Of a stretch of DNA of 32,258 bases, positions 23,828 through 32,258 are shown piece after piece. The position numbers were made by a program, and so were the translations under genes. The first letter of the stretch is position 1. The number at the start of each line of letters is the position of its first letter. Below the pieces are notes generated by a model that was given only the letters and a program-made list of their open reading frames with translations, ran no database searches and was not told where the DNA came from. The stretch is taken from contig JALAIB010000107.1 of NCBI GenBank assembly GCA_023645945.1, forward strand, positions 1-32,258, read 5' to 3'. This DNA is from Diploschistes diacapsis. Taxonomy: Eukaryota.

Positions 23828-24576
23828 ATGAGTTACCGTTGGGGCCGCTTTAACGACCCCGATCGCATCTCTCGTGTCCGCAGGACCTTTCAGTACCCAG
23901 ATGATCATGACGGTAATGAACCGGATAACATGGATGAACAAGGTACTAGAGGCATCTGCTTTGCGGTTTCCATTCTAAAAAGGGCAGAGCAGGAAGCGTT
24001 GATTAAGACACTAAAGCAGGAGAATGACGATCAAAATGAACTCTGGATTGTAGGTGATAGAGTACATTCATGAGATTTGCTCTGAGAATATTCTAATCCT
24101 ACTTCGTTAGAGATACCTGCTCGCAATTACAATAGGCGCCTTCCTTCCTTTCTTACCTTCCATGATAAAATGCAGGGCATTTCAGCCCAAACTTCTGTGC
24201 ATTCTTAGCATCACGACCATATTCTCCACGGCATATATTCTAGTCTTTATTCCCACAGCAAAGGGCCGTGGGACTGGCTCTAGTTCTTCGCCAAAACTAA
24301 GTCCTGTCCAGAAGTATTTGCCGTACCTTGTTGGTATTCTAAGCCTGTTAATTGGGGTTAACGGCATGGGCTGGAAAGACAGGATAGGAGTGCATGATGG
24401 CTTCTGGATCCTATCGTGGCTCCCGGCAGGTACGTAACCATCGGTCCCGACTACTATAAAGCTCTGATCAACTTTCTGTAGTAATATTCACCATGGTGAT
24501 TGTTGCAAGGCAGGTTTTGGTAGAGGTGGACCCCGACGAGCTCTTGAACATGCAATACGACCTCAAAGGGGCGTGA
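23828..24576 (+). CDS. Small multi-pass membrane protein of unknown function; exons 23828-23942, 23988-24049, 24111-24429, 24482-24576
   Basis: RRTFQYP...MDEQEQEALIKTLKQEND, about four hydrophobic segments, C-terminus ELLNMQYDLKGA*. Three canonical introns (45, 61, 52 nt) give one open frame. Confidence 0.8.
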
Positions 24577-24636
24577 ATGCAATCAACATTATAGCAGTGC
24601 TGTAAATAGCCTTTGCTCTTTATAAACCATAAGACG

Positions 24637-25075
24637 TCACCTCAGGCAGGTTTCCAGACTGTCGTTGAGCAATTTCAGAGCATTATTGAAGTTACTGTAG
24701 CCCTCCTTGCGGATTTCCGAGTTCCAGGGAATATTCGTGGAAGGCCTAAACAGGAGATCAGTATGATCTTGGCGCATCCTGCAAAGCATCTTACTGTTTA
24801 AGACCCAAAGCTTTCTCCCTCTCCCACCAGCGAACATGTATCAGGTTCTTCAATATTCTGTGCTCCATTCCCCGAGCTTTAGCTGCATTCTCGAGAAACA
24901 GGATGGTGTTTCCGATGCGACGAGCGTGGAATTTGTCTGCTGGAGTGGAGCGAAAAGCGTCTTCCAGCGTGGCCTTGAGCACGTATCTTGCTGGTCTGGA
25001 ATATTGGACGGCATGAAGGCCTGCTCGATAGAGGCTTCGGTATGCACGGATGATTTCTCTCCTGTGGATGTCCAT
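24637..25075 (-). CDS. DUF1763-type small LYR-like protein, probably mitochondrial; exons 25075-24795, 24745-24637
   Basis: IIRAYRSLYRAGLHAVQYSRPARY, RIGNTILFLENAA, GMEHRILKNLIHVRWW, C-terminus LLNDSLETCLR*. 49-nt intron GTAAGA...TAG. Confidence 0.8.
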
Positions 25076-25583
25076 ATCGACACGATGGGTAAGCAGCTTC
25101 GTAACTTGACCGTCTATTGATTGTAGGCTGAGCCTCCTACCGTCCCTCCTAATAAGAATGTTGGCACCTCGCACGACAACTCATGGTTGGGGGAAGAGAA
25201 AGTCGGAGTCGGAACTTCGAGTCGGAAGCCCTAATCCTAATTGGTCAGCACCAAAAAAGATGCCCGATGTTCCAAAGCGCGCAACATAACGACATCCACA
25301 ACCTTTCATCTCTTTCCATCGCAATCCCTCCCAACGGAATATCTAGAAGAGAACGAAAAATCCCCAAAAGCTCCCTTGATTTTGAATCGACGCATCGACA
25401 CGCTGGTTCTGACTTCTGATCCAAAGTATCGCATGCTTCGTGCTCAATCTACAAAGTGCTTCACTGGAATATTGGAAAGATTTATCATGTATCGTCGTCA
25501 TCTCTACGGCACTGCAGCTATCGGAGTTTTAGTGACTTTTCCTTCTCCTTGCTTGCTACGTAGTGTTTGATTTTCTCTTAATC

Positions 25584-28500
25584 ATGGTTCAAGTAGAAAC
25601 TCGCTCTGCCCGGCATGGTTCTCCAGGCCCGGGCAGCGCCAGGCATCATTCTCAGCTAATGAACAGTATCAAGCGTCCTCACAAGGTTGTGCTAGAAGAG
25701 GTGACACAGCAGAAGAAAAAACTAATTACCGTCGTAAGTGCCTCTTGTCAGGACAGATAACGACTCGCTATGGTTTCTGATCATACACACCTACAGGAAT
25801 CTCACAGTCTGGAAGCACCACATGGCTATCTTTTCATTGCGGCCGGCGATCCGGAACTCACTGCTCAATGTAAAGAATTCGCGAGACTTGAAGGCTGCAC
25901 AGTTTACGTTGTTTCTGTAACGATTCTGCGATTGCTTCAATGAAAGATCCGAGCTGACTTGCATAGACGTCGGGCCCCCGAGGAAATGAACTCTCGCAGC
26001 AAGTTCATAGGGTGGGCTTTCATTTTCCATCTCATGTTGTTCATAAAGCTTGCGTCAGATTGGATGTAGATTTCGACAAACTCGAAGACTTTTTGCGCAG
26101 GCATGAAGAATGGCCGGAGGAGAAGCCAAGGCAAAGACACTTGCCGCGCTCGAAGCAAAGTAGAAAAGGAGGGCCAAAAAAGAAGATAATTGATGTTAGC
26201 AGGATGAGCCAAGGGGACCTTGATCACCAGGCGTCTTCTGCCATTCTAGACATGTTTCCGGCCATTCCAAAGAGAAACTTGAACGAAATCGTGGAGCATG
26301 CTTTCGAACTTGTCAGTAGCTCTTCTTTGAATTGCGGCATGTCTAACATTGATAGGGTACCGATCGTGTTGGGGTACAAATTTCAGACTTGTCTCTCCCC
26401 AGAAGAGCGCAGCTAGCCGTTGTGGCCCATATTCGGCACATGTATACCGATTACGACGATCTACTAAAAGAAATGAGCTGGGGCGATGCCCGGCGGCAAG
26501 TCGCCTCCAAAACATTGGAACGGCTAGCATTATGGAGGGGCGATAAGGATGACGAGCCCGACACCATGGAGGATATACTTAGAGAAGTGATCGTCATCTC
26601 CGACGATGAGGACGACGATGAAGAGATAGAGCCATTGGAAACACCTAAATCCACTGCTGACGGCGGCTATGTCGTCGGGAGCTCTCAAGCCACCGCTAGA
26701 GGTTCGGGGCCACCCCAGCGGACTCGACTTGGGCAAGCTCCGGTAGGCCCTACAAATGGGACAGGCCATAGTGTGCGGAGGATCGTCGAGTATGAGGACC
26801 GTTCGCCCGCTGCCCAAAACCCCCGCAGGCAGGAACGATATCAGGTCTGGGAGCAAACTCGCGGCCGCTTGAGGCTTTCGGATCAAGGGGTAGCGCGCAG
26901 CCAGGCTTCGGCTAGCGCTCGCAGAAACCCAGGACAAGTTTCTTCTTTTAGGGACCCGTTCGAGAGCTTGCACCCTACTACAAAACCTAGGACACCGCCA
27001 GAGTCCATGCAGACGTACCAGGTAGAACAACAAGGCCGTCGTTACGAGCACGAATCCAGCGCTCGTGAGCCCTATCAGCGCGTCAAAGAGGTGAGACCTG
27101 TCGTAGGCTTTTGCAGAGCTTGAGGAGCGATTAGTCGCATTCGCTGACGCTACAGCTTATCTCGAGGACCGGTAGACGTCGCTAACTGATGGCAGGCCGG
27201 CCCAACTTCGGACGTCCTATCAAAGCACTCGCCCTACAACTCTTTCCGAGCCTACGCTGTTAATAACCGACCAATGGAAGTGATCCAGTACCTTGAACCA
27301 CGTAATAGTGGACGGGCCAACATGAGGCCTGAACATATTGGCTCTGCGGCCTATGGACAGCCTACAAATATTTCCGCTTCTAATGGGATAACCCCTTCCC
27401 TGAATTCCAACTTCTCGCACCCCGAGGCTGATGTTGTTTTTCCATCAATCGAATCGCCTGGAGTACCAAGGCAGCATGAGCGGTGCGCGTCAGGCGTAGG
27501 CAATCATGCGATAGTGATTGATTCTCCTACCTCTGAAAAGCAAATGCGTCGAGAGAAGTTGCCATTTGCTCAAGGTCTTGAAAGACAGAGATCATTGCCC
27601 CACAAACGCATACAGCGGAAAAGCACAAGTGGCGGGCCCAGGGCCATGCAAAAACTTGTTGGTATGCCAGCGAATCAAAAATATGGCGCATATTATTCAC
27701 AGCCAGCTACTCGCAAGCCGGCGGAGAATGAAAATACTAAAGGTAGGATAGTCTATCTTCCTATAGAAGAAGATGGTGCCAATTTTCGCTCTTCCCATCC
27801 CGCGAATTCTGCACGCTCGCAAAATGTTTTTCAAAGTGGTAAGAACTTTCGTCAACTTGACTCGTCTGCGATTTTCTCAGAAGGTGCGACAGCTGTTACG
27901 TATGTTGAGCACATGTTGCCCGACAGTGATCAGGTCCAAAATGGATATATTACGAAAGCCACCTCAGGGAGCATGGCGCGTCCTCGGCAAGCCACTGCAA
28001 GTTACAGTAGCCTTGGTCTCTCTGGGACATATGCAAGTCACGCCGATAGCCAGCTTTATATGATTGATCGTCAATCTAGCCGTAGTGATGTGTCCCAGCG
28101 AGACAAAACTACCTCATCGCAGGGTGAGAGGGCTTTCCGCAACCAGGCGTCAATTCAGGGCCCTGACGTACAAGGCTGGTCGGGGACCTCAATCCGCTCT
28201 TTCGAGAGATTGCCGCGGAGAGTATTGCCTTTAGAGCAGCCCGTCGTCACTAGGAGGCTCATTCCAACGAACGAAACTGATGCTCGAGACGAGCCAGGTG
28301 GCAGAGTTCCGAACTTTGTAAGCTCTCAACCACAACCTGGACCCAGAAGTTATGTCAATTCAAACCAACGGGACACCAATGAATCTACGGCCTATGGTTA
28401 TTTTCCTCGGCGTTCTGCCTCCCCTGGGGTCATCTACGGAGGAACTATTCAAGCACCGTACAGGAGGCGGTACGAGCGCTATTAATACTTCGATGATTCA

Positions 28501-28676
28501 TCGAGAAGCTAATGCTTGGTAGGCCCATGGGCTGGGATCCACACGCGCAACACTCTCAGGAAATTGGAGTTTCGGTGACAGTCCAAGGAACCGGACCGCA
28601 ATACGCGTCGCAAACCACCGGGAGCCAGAAGGTCCTTGAACGGAACTACAGCCCGAGCATTATCATGCTCGATTGA
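25584..28676 (+). CDS. DUF2293-domain protein with a long low-complexity C-terminal half; exons 25584-25733, 25797-25916, 25967-26311, 26356-27090, 27196-28469, 28523-28676
   Basis: GYLFIAAGDPELTAQCKE, VHRVGFHFP, AILDMFPAIP, RVG...LPRRAQLAVVAHIRHMYTDYDDLL...W, EDILREVIVISDD. Five GT-AG introns keep the frame; the last two are less certain. Confidence 0.82.
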
Positions 28677-29864
28677 GAGTGTCTTTGTGTTTATACTAAC
28701 GGCGCGGTTAGCATTGATATTTATTTGCTGCTCGATGATACCCAACAGCATTCAGATCGGCGTTTGGAGGCGTTTGGAAGCGGTTGCTGGTAAGAAGAGC
28801 TAGGACAAAGTTAGGGCAAGGACACGTTAGGAAGGGCTATTGAGCACTGGAGCCCCTTAGAGCATGGGGAGTGGATACTATGGCCTTACAACAAGAGGGC
28901 ATGCCGTTATACACAACGCTTGTATAGAGCCAGTCTAAGTAGAGTACACAGTCCGTATCCATGTCCATGTCCGCGTCCACGTTGTTAGCAATTCCAGTCA
29001 TGGTGCAAAGCTCTATTACAAGAGTGATATAGTACTTCCTACACTTGTTCTTGTTCTGTGACCACGTCGAGCTCCATGCATGATGACATGAACAAGACAT
29101 TTCATGATTGCATGTGATTGCGGAGAGGGAGTTGTTGCTCTTGGCACGCTAGCCGGTTCAGTCCAAGTGTCGTGCGCCCCATCGATGGGGCTTCCAAAAT
29201 CTCTGTGTTCTCGTTCTTCCTATCTATTTATCCAGTGCATCCTCCCACATATTGTATCGTCTTCTGCATCTAAAAGCTTCTTAAAGATCTCTCCTGCTTT
29301 GCTACCTAGAGCTTCTCAATACTGTATAGCTCGTTGAAGCGTGCGGCCCTTCGCTCCAACGCCATATCCCCACCACGAACATCCCCTGCTAGGATACGCC
29401 CCCCCACCTTGGGCATCTGGATGAAAGATTCCAATTGTCATCACCACTGTCGTTGTTGTACTGCCATCAAAAGAATAAACGAGGACGTTGAACACTCAAA
29501 CACGGCCAGCTCAAGATCAAACCACGATCAGATCACGACTATAGAAAGTCTGACAAAGGAAAACAATAGCGGGCAACTGAGAATATCAAGTGCTGGGACT
29601 TTGCCCTCGTGCAGGATCGTCTTCTCTTTAACGGGATTAGGATTTGGCTGCTGAATGTCGTTGTTCTCGATGGCCCAAACACTCTGGCCACTTGTGTCTC
29701 CGCGCTGGTACTGAGGGCCCCGGCCCCTGTCCCCTGTGTACGCTTCCCTGTGACCATAGTGGTAGTATCGCCGCGGCGACGACAGACGGCAAAAGTCCGT
29801 GCAAGTGATTCCTCGGCGCCTTGAACACTTTAAATACTTTGAAACATTACATTCTCCCTTCGCA

Positions 29865-29912
29865 ATGCCACGCTTGGAGACCACCATACTCCCACTACAA
29901 AAATTAGGATGA
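29865..29912 (+). promoter_or_regulatory. Candidate 15-aa uORF (MPRLETTILPLQKLG*) whose TGA overlaps the carrier ATG (ATGA)
   Basis: ATG at 29865-29867; TGA at 29910-29912 overlaps the main ATG at 29909-29911. Transcription start is unknown. Confidence 0.4.
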
Positions 29913-31307
29913 GTCTTTCGCCCCTTGCCCCGAGCCCTGATGAGGCAAGACACTGGGCCAAGCGCTTTCGTACAGAGATAGCTTCCAGCACAAGCACGGT
30001 TTGCTCTACTATGCTTGCGGTAGGTGGCACTGCCCGTCCCCTTTCGACTGGCATGCTAAGACCAGTAGTTTCCTCTCGAGTCTGTAAAGACCCGCATCCA
30101 ATCGTAAGCCACAGCGATCCCCTGCCGCTCCAGCATGCTCACAACCTTAGGTACCCTGATGGCTTTACCAGTTGTGTCCGAAAAGTGTGGCTTGATGAAG
30201 GTTTGAAGGGATTCTGGCGTGGTAGGTCGAAGCGAAAACCCGGAATATCCTGTTGGCCGTTGGCTTCACTTGCGTTCTTGGGCTTCCGCTCCACCCAAGA
30301 CGATATGTACTTGGTTCGATGCTGATACCATTCTCTTTCAGGCGTGCTCATCCCTCTCGTTAGCGTTACCGTCGTCCGTACCGTGTCGTTCTCCGTCTAT
30401 CAGAAGGCAAAATACAAGTCGTCTGCGTTCATTGCGACCGTCACCGGCAAAGAAGAGCCATTGATCGTCGTAAACAAGCCTGGTAGCCTTCCAGACTTTG
30501 CAACGGTAGCATGCTTTGGCATGGCAGGCGCCGTGGCAGGCGCTGCTTCTACCTTTATAGCGTGTCAGTAGCGGCAAGCCTTGGATGTTGTGCAGCTGGT
30601 TGACTTGCCCGACAGGCCCCTTTGAGCTTACGAAAAACGCGATGGTGATTGCAAAGCAAATTGCAGCGACATCCGTCGGAAAGAACGAAAATCCGATCAG
30701 GATCAGCTACGAGAACAAAGGAACATGGCGCACGGCGAGGCAGATAGTGAAGAACTGTGGCTTTCTTGGTCTCTGGTCCGGATTTCAGCTTCAGATGAGT
30801 GAGTGGTGGCATACGCAAACGCTACGGTGCATCACTAATACCTTTGTACAGTTCGCGAGACTTTCGGTACGGCAATGTACTTCATAGTGTACGAGAGTGG
30901 CAAGCAGTTGGCGGTCAAGTACCAGGGCCATGACTCTCCAACGTCTCCCTTGGCGGTAACGGCTGCGGGCGGGCTTTGCGGGATGGCCGGCCTTGTATCG
31001 GTGAGTTAAGCTGCGAGAAGACGTACATTCACCTAGTGGAGCAGCACTAAATTCCTTATCATAGACCTATCCCATCGACCGTGCCAAGACAGCCTACCAG
31101 CGCGCTTGCCTGGAGCAAGGAAGTGGTCGCCCAGCACTAAGCCCCCGCGTTGAGTACTTCAAGAGAGCAAGTTACCAAGGCTTGGCTGTCGCTGCGTCGC
31201 GCTCTGCTCTCACCGGCGCCGTCTTCTTTTCCGCCTTTGAATTCCTAAAGAAGCAAATCAACGCCTTGCCGGATCCAGTGCAGGATTTAAGAGACGGGCG
31301 CTATTAA
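29909..31307 (+). CDS. Mitochondrial carrier family (SLC25) protein, carnitine/ornithine-carrier-like group; exons 29909-30019, 30069-30103, 30151-30221, 30342-30563, 30616-30798, 30852-31000, 31065-31307
   Basis: Three Px[D/E]xxK signatures (FPLESVKTR, CPFELTKN, YPIDRAKT); EGLKGFWRG; RETFGTAMYFIVYE. Six GT-AG introns give one open frame. Substrate not determinable from sequence alone. Confidence 0.9.
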
Positions 31308-31900
31308 CCAACAACATATTTGCTCTTGAAAACCGAGTCGGGTGGTTTGGTCGCTGGGCTTCTATCGAAGGGGTGCAGACCTCGGATTTCTTTTATGCCA
31401 TCTTCAGCATTACATTGCATGGACTGAACATCGTGGCGTTTGTTGGGGCCCGAATGGGGCACGCTTGCATGCATGAGAGCACGGAGCGAAGTGAAGTTTT
31501 TTCAGTGGATTAATTACGAGGTGATGGGAGTTTGAGACATTGACTTGGCGAGATGTAATGGAAAGGAAATTTTGTACATAGGTTGACTCGCTTGCAAATG
31601 AAACTACCGAGGGAACCCATCATCATGGCTCTTTGCCTGGCTCACTTGACCACGGGCTGATATCAGAGAAGGCGATCTCGGCTCTAATTTTTGACCCATG
31701 TTTCGGTAGCAGAGGACACGCTCACTGCCATTGCAGCGGCAGGCAACACCCACGCCCAGGTTTGGAGCAGTAGGAGACAGCAACAGGCTCGCGGAAACAC
31801 AAGTCAACGGACAACTTCACTACCTGTGCAAGATCCACGGCGGGGCGGCCCGCGAAACAGCTCCGCTCGGACTCCAGCATGAGAAAGGGACAGACAGCAT

Positions 31901-31920
31901 CAAGCCAAGCCAAGCCAAGC
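31901..31920. repeat. (CAAGC)4 pentanucleotide microsatellite
   Basis: caagccaagccaagccaagc at 31901-31920, just downstream of the CCDC25-like stop codon. Confidence 0.85.
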
Positions 31921-31939
31921 CCAACAAGCTCGCCTCTTC

Positions 31940-32251
31940 TCACATGAACCCATCCTCATCCCAGCCCTCGCGGCTCCCAACCCCCTGCTCCTCCACCCTG
32001 CCGGGCCCATACAGCTCCTCCCACTCCCTCTTCTCCCGCTCCTTGCCCTCGCGCCGCTCCTTGGCGAGCCGCGCGTCGTCCTTGCGCTGCCGCGCCAGCA
32101 CCTCGTTGGCCGCTCTGCGCCGCGCGGCCAGGTGCGCGTCGCGCGCGTCGCGCAGGTGCGGCGTCGACTGCGGCGGCGCGATCTCCGTCCTCGTTTTGTG
32201 CAGCCGGTTCAGCGGCGGGGTGAGGCGCGTGGCGAGGTGGATGCGCTTCGT
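31940..32251 (-). CDS. CCDC25: Last exon of a CCDC25/Jlp2 (DUF814, NFACT-R) homologue; 5' part lies outside the window
   Basis: After the acceptor cccctag the frame reads TKRIHLATRLTPPLNRLHKTRTE...ARLAKERREGKEREKREWEELY...WDEDGFM*. This fits the family pattern of an NRLxKT motif, a charged coil and a terminal D(D/G)FM. Missed by the ORF track. Confidence 0.8.
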   Translation of the reverse strand, partial: TKRIHLATRLTPPLNRLHKTRTEIAPPQSTPHLRDARDAHLAARRRAANEVLARQRKDDARLAKERREGKEREKREWEELYGPGRVEEQGVGSREGWDEDGFM

Positions 32252-32258
32252 CTAGGGG

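Noticed and set aside
27091..27195. Stwintron or micro-exon in DUF2293 intron 4
   Set aside because: Removing the inner intron does not rebuild a donor. A second intron from GTAGAC would be only 24 nt and would shift the frame.
28759..28980. Short tandem repeats (GGCGTTTGGA x2; degenerate GTCCRY hexamers)
   Set aside because: Ordinary low-copy simple repeats in 3' UTR or intergenic DNA. No spacer structure, so not CRISPR-like.
30250..30325. tRNA gene inside the carrier intron (A/B-box-like words)
   Set aside because: No acceptor stem or proper cloverleaf, and the T-stem is mostly wobble or mismatch. Kept only as a note in the structured-intron finding.

Overview
Gene-dense nuclear DNA from a filamentous ascomycete (Pezizomycotina, inferred from protein families and short GT-AG introns, mostly 43-64 nt, with CTRAC-type branch points). 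I spliced the genes by hand. Left to right: a degenerate ~2.5 kb accessory end with one or two decayed ORFs; a secreted GH93/BNR-repeat arabinanase-like hydrolase; COA1; an AT-rich MITE-like relic; the RIX7 AAA ATPase; an intradiol dioxygenase that appears broken (mutated splice donor, best ATG out of frame), divergent from a 14-TM MFS efflux pump with an uncertain start; a PITH-domain gene; DHX35; CUE5-like; MZT1; a CHY/RING (Pirh2-like) ligase; SPC25; VPS20; a small membrane protein; DUF1763; DUF2293; a 7-exon mitochondrial carrier; and the last exon of a CCDC25/Jlp2 homologue with extreme GC3. The most unusual signals are (i) several possible post-transcriptional controls on the carrier gene (stacked uORFs including a Cys/His-rich one, a stop-inserting NAGNAG acceptor, a long structured intron), (ii) the apparently decaying dioxygenase/MFS pair, and (iii) the abrupt GC-biased CCDC25 exon. 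I found no tRNA, rRNA, CRISPR array or intact transposase. Family assignments come from motif recognition, not database searches.
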